A DNA stretch of 64,000 bases from Obrimoposthia wandeli. Taxonomy: Eukaryota. Shown here piece after piece: positions 49,100-59,404 of this stretch (position 1 is the stretch's first letter; each line of letters starts with the position of its first letter). The DNA lies in assembly GCA_977020255.1 (NCBI GenBank), contig CDROCS010005962.1, forward strand, positions 1 to 64,000, given 5' to 3'. Under the pieces are notes generated by a model that was given only the letters and a program-made list of their open reading frames with translations, was not told the DNA's origin and did no database searches. A program made the translations under genes and the position numbers.

Positions 49100-49861
49100 A
49101 TGGATCCACTATTAGATTTCACAGGAAAAGTTGCCGTTATTACCGGCGCAGCGCAAGGTTTCGGTAAGCTTCTCGCAGAAGAATTGGCTAAGCGTGGTGC
49201 CAAGTTAGTTATTAGCGATATTAAAGCTGCTGATGTACTAAAAGTTGCTGAGGCGATCGCATCAACAGGTGCTGACGTTATCGGCATGGCGTGTGATGTC
49301 TCAAAAAATGAAGACTGTAAAGCGATGGTAGATACTGCTATCAAGCACTTTGGCCGCGTTGATATTGGTGTCAATAATGCCGGTATCGCCCACGAGTTTA
49401 TGCCATTGCATGACATTGATGAAGACATTATGGACTCGCAATTTGCCGTTAATGTCAAAGGCGTGCAATTTGGTATGCGTCATCAAATACAACAAATGTT
49501 ACAACAAGGTGAAGGGGCTATCCTAAATGTTAGCTCAATGGCCGGCTTGAATGGTGCGGCAAGAGGCAGTGCTTATGCCATGGCAAAACATGCGGTGATT
49601 GGTTTAACCAAAACCGGTGCGGTGGAATACGGTCGTAACAACATTCGTATCAATGCTATTTGCCCGTTTTTTACCTTAACACCTATGGTGACTAACTTTG
49701 CTGACGAAGAGCAACAAAAAAGAATGAGTAAAGGCGCGCCTATGCATCGTTTAGGCGAGCCAAAAGAGATTGTTGCCATGATGCTAATGATGCTGTCTCC
49801 AGCGAATACCTATATGACCGGACAATGTATTGCGATAGATGGCGGCGTATCTGCTCAATAG
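49100..49861 (+). CDS. SDR oxidoreductase
   Basis: TGAAQGFG, NNAG and YAMAK motifs. Confidence 0.9.
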   Translation: MDPLLDFTGKVAVITGAAQGFGKLLAEELAKRGAKLVISDIKAADVLKVAEAIASTGADVIGMACDVSKNEDCKAMVDTAIKHFGRVDIGVNNAGIAHEFMPLHDIDEDIMDSQFAVNVKGVQFGMRHQIQQMLQQGEGAILNVSSMAGLNGAARGSAYAMAKHAVIGLTKTGAVEYGRNNIRINAICPFFTLTPMVTNFADEEQQKRMSKGAPMHRLGEPKEIVAMMLMMLSPANTYMTGQCIAIDGGVSAQ

Positions 49862-50009
49862 CTCTTTATATTTGAGTATTTTATATTTGAGTATTTCAGA
49901 ATAGAGTGTTGCTATATAACACACTGATTTAACGAGAGTATATTAGCCATCGTACGTTATTAACTATGGCTAACACTATCGACAAGTTAAAAGATAAGAA
50001 GAGAAATGT

Positions 50010-51815
50010 ATGACTGCTACATTAATGAATGAACGAGATCTTGAATTTATGCTCTATGAGCTTTTTGATAGTGAGTCACTGATCGAAAGATCCCGTTATC
50101 AAGACCATGACCGTCAGACTTTCAATGAAGTCATTAATACTGCTAAGGCGATAGCGGAAAAACACTTCTTACCTATTCGTCAAAAGCTAGATACTCACCA
50201 ACCGACCTTTGATGGTAAAAAAGTCACGCTTATTCCAGAGTTAAAACCAGCCATTGAGGCCGTTATCGCCTCAGGTATCTCTTCGGCAACGGCAGACTAC
50301 GACTTAAATGGTATGCAGTTACCGCCCATTGTTGCCAGTGTCGCAAGCACGTATTTAACCGCGGCAGGTGGTGTCGGTTTAGGCTATAACATGCTGACTA
50401 ACGCCAATGCGAATTTACTGGAAGCACATGGCAGTGAAGCCCTGATTGAAAAATGGGTCAAGCCAATGCGCTCAGGTCGCTTCATGGGCACTATGGCAAT
50501 GACAGAGCCAGGCAGCGGCTCAGGCTTGGGCGATTTAATTACTAAAGCTATAAAAACTGAAGATGGTACTTACCGTATTAGTGGTAATAAAATTTATATT
50601 TCGGGTGGCGATCATAATTTAAGTGAAAATATCGTTCATTTAGTCTTGGCGCGTGTTCAAGGTGCCCCTAAAGGTGTAAAGGGCATATCACTGTTTGTGG
50701 TGCCTAAAATTTTAGTCAACGATGACGGTACACTAGGCGCTGATAATGAAGTAGCACTCGCTGGCCTATTTCATAAAATGGGTGGTCGGGCGCAAACATC
50801 AACAGCGTTAAGTTTCGGTGAAAAAGACGGTGCCATAGGTTATTTAGTGGGTGAAGAAAACCAAGGCCTTAAGTACATGTTTCATATGATGAATGAAGCA
50901 CGAATTATGGTGGGTACAAGCGGTGCTACTTTGGCGGTTGCTGGTTATCAATATGCCGTTGATTACGCAAAAAATCGTCCACAAGGGCGCTTACCCTCTT
51001 GTAAAGACCCACTTTCTCCTATGGTTAATATAATCGAACATGCGGATGTTCGCCGCATGTTACTGGCGCAAAAAGCCTATGCTGAAGGGGCACTAGCACT
51101 GGTACTTTATGGCTCACAACTCAGCGATGACGAAAAAACTGCTCTCACACCAGAAGCACAAGAACATGCCCATGTGTTATTGAATTTCTTAACGCCTATT
51201 ATTAAAACTTGGCCGTCGGAATACGGCACAAAAGCCAATGATTTAGCCATTCAAGTACTTGGTGGACACGGCTATATTAATGAACATCCTGTTGAGCTGT
51301 TTTATCGTGATAATCGCTTAAACGCCATTCATGAAGGTACAACCGGTATTCAATCACTTGATTTATTGACCCGAAAAGTACCGATGAATCAAATGGCGGG
51401 TTACTCAGCAACCTTAAGTGAAATTTATAAAACTATCGAGCAAGCCAAACAATATAACAACTTAACTGAGTTTTCAGCGCAGCTTATTGCTGCGGTTGAC
51501 ACCCTGAAAAAAACTACAGAAGTTGTATTAACCGCGATGCAAACCACCCATATTGACTTAGCACTGGCGAACTCAGTGAAATATTTAGAGCTGTTTGGTC
51601 ACGTTATTGTTGGCTGGTTATGGTTAAAGCAGGGCATTGTCGCGAGTAAAGCATTAACCCAGCAACCACACCAAGCTGATGAAAATTTTTATCACGGAAA
51701 ACTCCAAGCATTACAGTATTTTTATCGTTTTGAACTACCAGAAATAGCGCTGTGGTCGAGTATTTTACGTAACAGTGATAGTACAACGTATGACATGAAA
51801 GCGGCTTGGTTTTAA
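50010..51815 (+). CDS. Long (600-aa) acyl-CoA dehydrogenase
   Basis: MAMTEPGSGS, KIYISGG, MFHMMNEAR, GGHGY and IHEGTTGIQ motifs. Confidence 0.9.
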   Translation: MTATLMNERDLEFMLYELFDSESLIERSRYQDHDRQTFNEVINTAKAIAEKHFLPIRQKLDTHQPTFDGKKVTLIPELKPAIEAVIASGISSATADYDLNGMQLPPIVASVASTYLTAAGGVGLGYNMLTNANANLLEAHGSEALIEKWVKPMRSGRFMGTMAMTEPGSGSGLGDLITKAIKTEDGTYRISGNKIYISGGDHNLSENIVHLVLARVQGAPKGVKGISLFVVPKILVNDDGTLGADNEVALAGLFHKMGGRAQTSTALSFGEKDGAIGYLVGEENQGLKYMFHMMNEARIMVGTSGATLAVAGYQYAVDYAKNRPQGRLPSCKDPLSPMVNIIEHADVRRMLLAQKAYAEGALALVLYGSQLSDDEKTALTPEAQEHAHVLLNFLTPIIKTWPSEYGTKANDLAIQVLGGHGYINEHPVELFYRDNRLNAIHEGTTGIQSLDLLTRKVPMNQMAGYSATLSEIYKTIEQAKQYNNLTEFSAQLIAAVDTLKKTTEVVLTAMQTTHIDLALANSVKYLELFGHVIVGWLWLKQGIVASKALTQQPHQADENFYHGKLQALQYFYRFELPEIALWSSILRNSDSTTYDMKAAWF

Positions 51816-51953
51816 CAATATTAGGGGTAGGCCTTGAGCTCTTAAAAGTACCGCTATTGAGAGTTAAGGATAAAGAGTTTAAAGGCGTTAGTCGACACAA
51901 CCAGTTATTACCGACTGATTCAAAAATAATGTTTTGCTAAATAGGGATTTACT

Positions 51954-52415
51954 ATGCCAACCATAATAAAAAAACATCAAATAGCCGATTATATAGGCTT
52001 TCAAGCCGAGCCAACGCCTTGGCATGAGATCAGTCAGACGCAAATTAACCAATTTGCTGATTGTACGCTCGATCATCAATTTATTCATGTTGATGAAGAA
52101 AAGGCGAAAGCAACACCTTTTGGCTCGACCATCGCACACGGATTTTTGTCGTTGTCTATGTTGTCGCATTTTGCCGAAGACTTTAGTGTCATTATCGAAG
52201 GCTTTTATATGGGCTTAAACGCAGGTTTCGATAAAGTCAGATTTTTACAGCCCGTTAAAGTTAATAGCCGCGTTAGAGCACATGCAAAAACACGGGTTAT
52301 TGAAGAGAAAAAACCGGGTCAGTATCGTTTATGTACCGAAGTGAGCGTTGAAATAGAAGGTTGTGATACCCCTGCACTTGTCGCCGAGTGGGTTTCAGTA
52401 CAAATGGTTAAGTGA
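51954..52415 (+). CDS. MaoC/NodN-like (R)-enoyl-CoA hydratase
   Basis: D.QFIHVD and TIAHG motifs (hot-dog fold). Confidence 0.88.
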   Translation: MPTIIKKHQIADYIGFQAEPTPWHEISQTQINQFADCTLDHQFIHVDEEKAKATPFGSTIAHGFLSLSMLSHFAEDFSVIIEGFYMGLNAGFDKVRFLQPVKVNSRVRAHAKTRVIEEKKPGQYRLCTEVSVEIEGCDTPALVAEWVSVQMVK

Positions 52416-52520
52416 TCGGGGTTAGGAAATATTAGCTAGGCTGTATGAGTTCAACAAAATTGGCTAGCCGATATTAGTTAAGCCGTGTTGATGAGAGAAA
52501 GAGCATTTTAAGGAAATATT

Positions 52521-53441
52521 ATGTCAATCAGTTTTGAAGGTAAGGTCGCCATAGTTACTGGCGCAGGTAACGGTTTAGGTCGCTCTCACGCTTTCGCGCT
52601 TGCGGCACGTGGTGCAAAAGTTGTGGTTAATGATTTAGGTGGCGCTCGCGATGGTAGCGGCGCTTCATCACAAGCCTCTCAAGAAGTGGTGCGTTTAATT
52701 GAAGAGCAAGGCGGAGAAGCAATCAGCCATGGTGCCAATGTGGCCAACTTTGATGAAGTACAAGACATGGTTGATCAGGCCATGGAAAAATGGGGTCGCG
52801 TTGATATTCTTATCAATAATGCCGGTATTTTACGTGATAAATCGTTCTCAAAAATGACTTTAGATGATTTTAAACTGGTGATGGATGTTCATGTTATGGG
52901 CTCCGTTAACTGCACAAAAGCGGTATGGGAAATCATGCGTGCACAAAATTATGGTCGCATTGTCATGACAACATCATCAAGTGGTATGTACGGTAACTTT
53001 GGTCAATCAAATTACGGCGCAGCAAAAATGGCCGTGCTTGGCCTGATGAACACGTTAGTACTCGAAGGCGCAAAAAATAATATTCGTATCAATGCCTTAG
53101 CACCAACGGCGGGTACACGCATGACGGAAGATTTAATGCCGCCTGAAATTGTCCAAGCCTTTGCACCCGAAGCGGTAACCGCAGGTATGTTAACGCTGTG
53201 TGATGACGATGCACCTAATCGCTTTATTTTATGTGCGGGTGCGGGTGGTTATTCAAGTGCCAGTATTTTTGAAACCGAAGGTTGTTTTATTCCACAGCAT
53301 CAACAAAGTCCTGAAACGGTTCGTGAACAATGGTCTGAGCTGACCGATGAAAGTGCGCAAGCATCTTTGGCATCAGGGGCAAAACAAGGTGAAAAGTTTG
53401 TTTTAAAAGCGATGGCATTCATGAAATCGCAACAGAAGTAG
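52521..53441 (+). CDS. MFE-2/HSD17B4-like 3-hydroxyacyl-CoA dehydrogenase (SDR)
   Basis: TGAGNGLG, VVVNDLGG, NNAGILRD and GNFGQSNYGAAK motifs. Confidence 0.85.
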   Translation: MSISFEGKVAIVTGAGNGLGRSHAFALAARGAKVVVNDLGGARDGSGASSQASQEVVRLIEEQGGEAISHGANVANFDEVQDMVDQAMEKWGRVDILINNAGILRDKSFSKMTLDDFKLVMDVHVMGSVNCTKAVWEIMRAQNYGRIVMTTSSSGMYGNFGQSNYGAAKMAVLGLMNTLVLEGAKNNIRINALAPTAGTRMTEDLMPPEIVQAFAPEAVTAGMLTLCDDDAPNRFILCAGAGGYSSASIFETEGCFIPQHQQSPETVREQWSELTDESAQASLASGAKQGEKFVLKAMAFMKSQQK

Positions 53442-53630
53442 TTACGCGTAACTATAGTTGGTCAGGCTTTGGCCCTTTGTAACTGGGCTTTAGTCTGATT
53501 TTAAGTGACGATTAGTCGTGTTAGAGAATTATTGTCATTAGCCGTCATTAGTGCTCGTCATCAGTGTTGATCATTAGCCGTTTTCGACAACTAATTTAAG
53601 CGAATTTAAGCGAATTAATAGGAAGTTATC

Positions 53631-54812
53631 ATGAGAGAAGCAGTCATAGTATCCGTAGCACGTACGCCAATCGGTAAAGCATATCGCGGCGCATTTAATG
53701 ATTTATCCGCCCCAACATTAGCGGCCGTTGCGGTAAAAGCTGCCGTAGAGCGTGCCGGTATCGATGTTAATGACATCGAAGATTGTATTTTTGGTGCAGC
53801 ATTAACCCAAGGTAACCAAGGCATGAACTTTGGTCGCCAAGTGGCTATGGCTGCTGAGCTACCGGTATCTGTTGCTGGCATGACCATCGACCGTCAATGT
53901 TCATCAGGTTTAATGTCGATAGCAACTGCAGCTAATCATATTGTTTGTGATGGTATGCAAGTCATTGTTGCCGGAGGTTGCGACTCTATTAGTTTAGTAC
54001 AAAACGATAAAATGAATATGTATCGTGCGGTTGACCCAAGCGTGAAAGCTTATCGCCCAGCGATTTATATGCCGATGTTAGATACTGCTGAAATAGTGGC
54101 AGAACGTTACAATATTTCACGCGCAGAGCAAGATGCTTATGCGCTTAAATCTCAACAGCGCACCGCTGCGGCACAAGCAGCGAACAAATTTGATGATGAA
54201 ATTGTCCCAGTGACGGCAACAAAGCTAGTGATGGATAAAGCGACCGGCGATATCAGTAAAGAAGAAGTCACGCTAACTAAAGATGAAGGCAACCGTCCAT
54301 CAACTAATATTGAAGGCTTGTCAGCATTAAAAGCGGTAAAAGATAACGGCACGATTACTGGCGGCAATGCTTCTCAGTTGTCCGATGGTGCAGCAGCCGT
54401 TGTGGTGATGGAGCGAGCATTAGCCGAAGAACGAGGCCTTAAACCCTTAGGCGCATATCGTGGCATGGTAGTGGCCGGTTGTGAACCCGATGAAATGGGC
54501 ATAGGTCCGATTTACGCGATCCCAAAATTGCTCGAGCGTAATAATTTAACCATGGACGATATTGGTTTATGGGAAATTAACGAAGCCTTTGCCGTACAAG
54601 TTTTATATTGCGCCGAAAAATTAGGTATTAAAGAAGACCGTTTAAATGTTGATGGCGGAGCCATTTCAATTGGCCATCCTTATGGCATGAGCGGCACACG
54701 TATGGTTATGCATGCCTTAATTGAAGGTAAACGACGTGGCGTAAAATATGTCGTTATCAGTATGTGTATAGGTGGCGGCCAAGGTGCAGCTGGTTTGTTC
54801 GAAGTGCTTTAG
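53631..54812 (+). CDS. Acetyl-CoA C-acyltransferase (thiolase)
   Basis: RQCSSG, NEAF, GHPYG and MCIGGGQG motifs. Confidence 0.92.
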   Translation: MREAVIVSVARTPIGKAYRGAFNDLSAPTLAAVAVKAAVERAGIDVNDIEDCIFGAALTQGNQGMNFGRQVAMAAELPVSVAGMTIDRQCSSGLMSIATAANHIVCDGMQVIVAGGCDSISLVQNDKMNMYRAVDPSVKAYRPAIYMPMLDTAEIVAERYNISRAEQDAYALKSQQRTAAAQAANKFDDEIVPVTATKLVMDKATGDISKEEVTLTKDEGNRPSTNIEGLSALKAVKDNGTITGGNASQLSDGAAAVVVMERALAEERGLKPLGAYRGMVVAGCEPDEMGIGPIYAIPKLLERNNLTMDDIGLWEINEAFAVQVLYCAEKLGIKEDRLNVDGGAISIGHPYGMSGTRMVMHALIEGKRRGVKYVVISMCIGGGQGAAGLFEVL

Positions 54813-54951
54813 TTATCAATCAGTAACATGTAGAGTAGAAAGTCGTTGATTCATCTTAACAAGGTTACAAATAACAAACCGAGTAACAGCATTAACAATA
54901 ATAACAATGGCACTAAACACACTATATCGTAGTGATTGGGGAGATAATAAA

Positions 54952-56610
54952 ATGGAAAAAGTTTGGCTTGAAAAGAGTTATCCAGCAGGCGTTGAATTTG
55001 AAATAAATCCAGACAAATATAACTCTTTAGCGGATTTGTTTTTAAAATATACCAAGTTATACAAAGATAATGTCGCCTTCATTAATATGGGGAGCAGCAT
55101 CACTTATCAAGAGCTTGGCCAGCAAGCGAATGACTTTGCTGCCTATTTACAGCATGACTTAGGATTAGTAAAAGGCGATAAATTTGCCATTATGATCCCT
55201 AATCTTTTGCAGTATCCCGTCGCCTTATTTGGTGCGCTCATTGCTGGTTTAACGGTCGTTAATGTTAATCCGCTTTACACCCCTCGAGAATTACAACATC
55301 AATTAAAGGACTCAGGCGCAAAATCTATCTTGATCCTTGAAAACTTTGCTCACGTACTGGAAACCGTGATTGATAAAACGGATATAGAGCGAGTGATCCT
55401 CACCGGTGTTGGTGACCGATTGAGTAAAATAAAGGGAGCACTTGTTAATTTCGTACTTAAATACCTTAAAAAACAAGTACCCGCATACAATTTACCTGGG
55501 GCGGTTAAATTTAATCAAACCATGGCGAAGGGAGCAACGCTGAGTTTTACGCCTGTTTCGGTTAGCGGAGAGGACTTAGCCTTTTTGCAATACACCGGTG
55601 GTACAACGGGTCCTTCAAAAGGCGCGATGTTAACGCACCGTAATTTGCTTGCCAACGTTGAACAATCAAATGCTTCCACTAAAAATGTTTACGAAATAGG
55701 TAAAGAAATAATGGTAACGGCCTTACCGATGTACCATATTTTTGCCTTAACCTCTAACTGCCTATGTTTTATTCCTTTTGGTGGCACCAACCTGTTAATT
55801 ACTAACCCAAGAGACATGGCCGGTTTCGTTAAAGAGTTAGATAAGTATCCTTTTACCGCGATTACTGGTGTTAACACCTTATTTAATGGCTTATTACATA
55901 CGCCAGGTTTTAAAGACCTTGATTTTAGTACTTTAAAACTAGGTTTTGCCGGCGGTATGGCAGTACAACGCCCAGTGGCTGAGCTTTGGGAAAAAGTGAC
56001 CGGTACGCGTTTATTAGAAGGTTATGGTTTAACGGAATGTTCGCCATTAGTAACCATGAGCCCTTACACTCAGGAAAGTTACAATGGCTCTATCGGTGTA
56101 CCTGCGCCTTCTACTGATGTGCGTTTAATTGGTGACGACGGCGAAGAAGTCGCTTTAGGTCAACCGGGAGAAATGTGGGTTAAAGGTCCGCAAGTCATGA
56201 AAGGTTATTACAATCGCCAAGACGCTACAGATGAAGTACTAAAAGATGGCTGGTTAGCCACCGGTGATATTGCCACAATGGACGAAAATGGCTTTTTCAG
56301 AATCGTCGATCGTAAAAAAGACATGATCATTGTTTCAGGTTTCAACGTCTTCCCGAATGAGATAGAAGAAGTACTTGTTATGCATAACGGTATTTTAGAA
56401 GCTGCAGCCATTGGTGTTAAAAATGATGTGACTGGCGAAGCGGTTAAAGTCTTTATTGTTAAGAAGGATCCTAACTTATCTGAGCAAGATATTTTTGCTC
56501 ATTGTAATGAAATGCTGACCAATTATAAACGTCCTAAATTTATTGAATTTATGGATGAGTTACCGAAAACCAATGTTGGTAAAGTGCTGAGAAAAGAGTT
56601 ACGAAAATAA
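54952..56610 (+). CDS. fadD: Long-chain fatty acid-CoA ligase
   Basis: [22 protein letters not shown] and DRKKDMI motifs. Start placed after GGAGA. Confidence 0.85.
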   Translation: MEKVWLEKSYPAGVEFEINPDKYNSLADLFLKYTKLYKDNVAFINMGSSITYQELGQQANDFAAYLQHDLGLVKGDKFAIMIPNLLQYPVALFGALIAGLTVVNVNPLYTPRELQHQLKDSGAKSILILENFAHVLETVIDKTDIERVILTGVGDRLSKIKGALVNFVLKYLKKQVPAYNLPGAVKFNQTMAKGATLSFTPVSVSGEDLAFLQYTGGTTGPSKGAMLTHRNLLANVEQSNASTKNVYEIGKEIMVTALPMYHIFALTSNCLCFIPFGGTNLLITNPRDMAGFVKELDKYPFTAITGVNTLFNGLLHTPGFKDLDFSTLKLGFAGGMAVQRPVAELWEKVTGTRLLEGYGLTECSPLVTMSPYTQESYNGSIGVPAPSTDVRLIGDDGEEVALGQPGEMWVKGPQVMKGYYNRQDATDEVLKDGWLATGDIATMDENGFFRIVDRKKDMIIVSGFNVFPNEIEEVLVMHNGILEAAAIGVKNDVTGEAVKVFIVKKDPNLSEQDIFAHCNEMLTNYKRPKFIEFMDELPKTNVGKVLRKELRK

Positions 56611-56830
56611 GTCGATAGCACCGTTGTTCTTCGAGCTTAATGCCAGCGAAGCGCAACGGTTGTCGCAATTAACGTTAATAAATAGAGTGTTTAATCGTTC
56701 ATAAGCATAACTTAATTGAATATACCTTTAGACACCGTTTATTTTAAATTAACGACTTTTTTATCCCATCAGCATAATCACTAAGTGACTAAGTGCTGAG
56801 ATAAAGAAGCTTTCCATAAAGAGAGAAATA

Positions 56831-57829
56831 ATGACTACCTATACTGCAATTAACTTAATCGCTCGACCAACTGGCGGACCAATCGGCCCAGATCTTTTTC
56901 AAGTTGTAGAAAAAGAACTTCCTAGCGTTGGCGAAGGACAATTTTTAGTAAAACAAAACCATATGTCGTTAGACCCAGCCATGTTTGGTTGGATGAGCCC
57001 AGATACCGAAAGCTACATTCCGCCAGTGGCACTAGGCGATGTTATGCGCAGCTCGGGCATTGGTGAAGTCGTGGACAGCAAGCATCCTGATTTTCAAGTT
57101 GGCGATCGCGTTATGGGCATGATGGGCTGGACTGAATATCACTTAAGTAATGGCGCTGGACTAAACAAAGTCACAGCGCCGTTACCTGATGAAGCGATAT
57201 TATCGGTTTTTGCTTTACCAGGTTTAACCGCTACACAAGGCCTATACAGCATTGGTAAGCCACAAAAGGGCGAAACCTTGGTTGTGTCAGGCGCGGCAGG
57301 CTCAGTGGGTTCAATTGTTGGCCAACTCGCAAAAGCCGATGGTTTAACCGTTATTGGTGTTGTTGGTAGTGACGAGAAAGCCGATTGGATTATTAACGAA
57401 TTAGGCTTTGACGGCGCCGTTAATTATAAATCGGATGATTTAGCACAAAAATTAGCCGAGCTGACGCCAAACGGTATTGATGTATATTTTGAAAACACTG
57501 GCGGACCCATACAGCACCATGTGTTTGAACGCATGAATGCCCATGGCCGTATCGTTGTTTGTGGTTTAATTGCCGATTATCCAAAACAAACACCTGATTT
57601 AGCGCCAAACTGGATCCCGATCATCAAAAAGCGTTTAACCATTCAAGGTTTTACAATGCCAGACCATTTTGGCGAAATTCCCGCATTACTTGAAAAGCTG
57701 ACACCGTATGTCATGCAAGGAAAAATTAAGCATCGTGCGCATGTACTTAACGGTTTGGAGTCGGCGATGACGGGCTTGAATTTGTTTTTTACCGGTCAAA
57801 ATAAAGGTAAGTTAATCGTTAAAATTTAA
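56831..57829 (+). CDS. NADP-dependent enone/alkenal reductase (CurA/PTGR family)
   Basis: SLDPAM..WM, VSGAAGSVG, YFENTGG and GKLIVKI motifs. Confidence 0.85.
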   Translation: MTTYTAINLIARPTGGPIGPDLFQVVEKELPSVGEGQFLVKQNHMSLDPAMFGWMSPDTESYIPPVALGDVMRSSGIGEVVDSKHPDFQVGDRVMGMMGWTEYHLSNGAGLNKVTAPLPDEAILSVFALPGLTATQGLYSIGKPQKGETLVVSGAAGSVGSIVGQLAKADGLTVIGVVGSDEKADWIINELGFDGAVNYKSDDLAQKLAELTPNGIDVYFENTGGPIQHHVFERMNAHGRIVVCGLIADYPKQTPDLAPNWIPIIKKRLTIQGFTMPDHFGEIPALLEKLTPYVMQGKIKHRAHVLNGLESAMTGLNLFFTGQNKGKLIVKI

Positions 57830-57843
57830 CCTTAGTCGGGTTT

Positions 57844-57944
57844 AATTCCCCGCCACTTGCGGCGAAAAGTAGTTAGATCATGACTAATTAATATACCTCT
57901 CTTCGCGAAGCGAATTTCGTCTAGGCGAAACCCTTGGGGCGAGG
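57844..57944. repeat. Short palindrome-ended element (IS200/605-like ends, tentative)
   Basis: CCCCGCCACTTGCGGCG at the left, CCCTTGGGGCGAGG at the right and an internal TTCGCGAA. Confidence 0.35.
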
Positions 57945-57947
57945 TTT

Positions 57948-58328
57948 TTAATTTGGCCGTCGCTTGGTCAAAAGTCATAAAACTTGGACACAAAATTCAG
58001 CGCGTTTAATCAAAGCCAAAAAACCTTGTACGTTAGAAGTGCCCCCTGATGATGCTAAAAATTTAGGCATTACAACCGGGCAGTTACTCAATGTCAGTTC
58101 TATTTCTGGTGTGCTACAAATCAACGCGGTGATCAACGATGACATTCAACGTGGCGTGGTTAGTATGCCTCAGGGGTGGGGCATAGCCCAAAAGACACTA
58201 ATATGTCAGTGGCTGCCACGAACCCGGGCGTGAATATTAATGATTTAACCGATGTTGTTCAGGTTGACAGGCTAACCGGAAATGCTGCACTTAATGGTAC
58301 TTCTATTGCGATTAGCGTCGTTTCTTAA
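57948..58328 (+). pseudogene. C-terminal remnant of a molybdopterin oxidoreductase
   Basis: LIGRR..W.QNS.RL...DDA...GVVSMPQGWG, then after a frameshift PGVNINDLTD..VD.LTGNAALNG. Confidence 0.75.
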
Positions 58329-58565
58329 TCGTTGCTTTAACCGTCGCTTAACTATGACATTGAATACGGCATTTAATAAGAAGGTGAATGCCGCATTGAA
58401 AAATTTAAAACAAGCGTTTGATTTTATTGATGCTTAGACGATATTATTAGCTATAACATCTCATTATTGTCTACAAAGTAGCGCAAAAAATAGCGCACCA
58501 AATAATTCATAAATTAATTTAATGATGCCAATTCACTACAGTGCATCATCTTAATAGGTAAAAAC

Positions 58566-59399
58566 ATGTTTAACAGTACTGAAAACTATATTGCATCAGA
58601 CGAACTTCGCTTAGCGGTTAACGCCGCTATTACACTAGAAAAACCTTTGTTGATCAAAGGAGAGCCGGGCACAGGTAAAACTCAATTAGCTGAAGAGTTG
58701 GCAAAATCACTTAATTGTAAATTATATCAGTGGCATATTAAATCGACTACTAAAGCACAGCAGGGCTTATACGAGTACGATGCCGTGTCACGCTTGCGCG
58801 ATAGCCAATTAGGCGATGAGCGTGTGAACGATATTTCAAATTATATTGTTAAAGGTAAACTTTGGCAGGCTTTTGAAGAAGAGCAGCGTCCAATTTTGTT
58901 AATTGATGAAATTGACAAAGCCGATATCGAATTTCCAAATGATCTTTTGCAAGAGCTTGATAAGATGGAGTTTTTCGTTTATGAAACCCAAGAGGTGATC
59001 AAAGCTAAACAACGTCCTATTATCATTATTACTTCAAATAATGAGAAAGAACTGCCTGATGCTTTTCTTCGTCGTTGTTTCTTTCACTATATTAAATTTC
59101 CAACGAAAACAGAGATGGAGCAAATTATTGCAGTTCATCATCCGCATGTAAAACAAGAGTTATTAGCCCACACGTTAGAAGTGTTTTTTGACCTTAGAGA
59201 CTTGCAAGGCATTAAGAAAAAACCGTCTACATCAGAGCTAATTGATTGGTTAAAACTACTAGTTGCCGATGATGTTGCGCAAGATGTACTGATCAATAAA
59301 AAGTCAGACATTATTCCGTTATTTGGCGCACTACTTAAAAATGAGCAAGATGTATCATTACTTGAAAAACTGGCTTTTCTTAACCGTAGAAACAGGTAA
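58566..59399 (+). CDS. MoxR-family AAA+ ATPase (CoxD-like)
   Basis: GEPGTGKT, LLIDEIDKAD and LPDAFLRRC motifs. Confidence 0.92.
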   Translation: MFNSTENYIASDELRLAVNAAITLEKPLLIKGEPGTGKTQLAEELAKSLNCKLYQWHIKSTTKAQQGLYEYDAVSRLRDSQLGDERVNDISNYIVKGKLWQAFEEEQRPILLIDEIDKADIEFPNDLLQELDKMEFFVYETQEVIKAKQRPIIIITSNNEKELPDAFLRRCFFHYIKFPTKTEMEQIIAVHHPHVKQELLAHTLEVFFDLRDLQGIKKKPSTSELIDWLKLLVADDVAQDVLINKKSDIIPLFGALLKNEQDVSLLEKLAFLNRRNR

Positions 59400-59404
59400 G
59401 TAAC

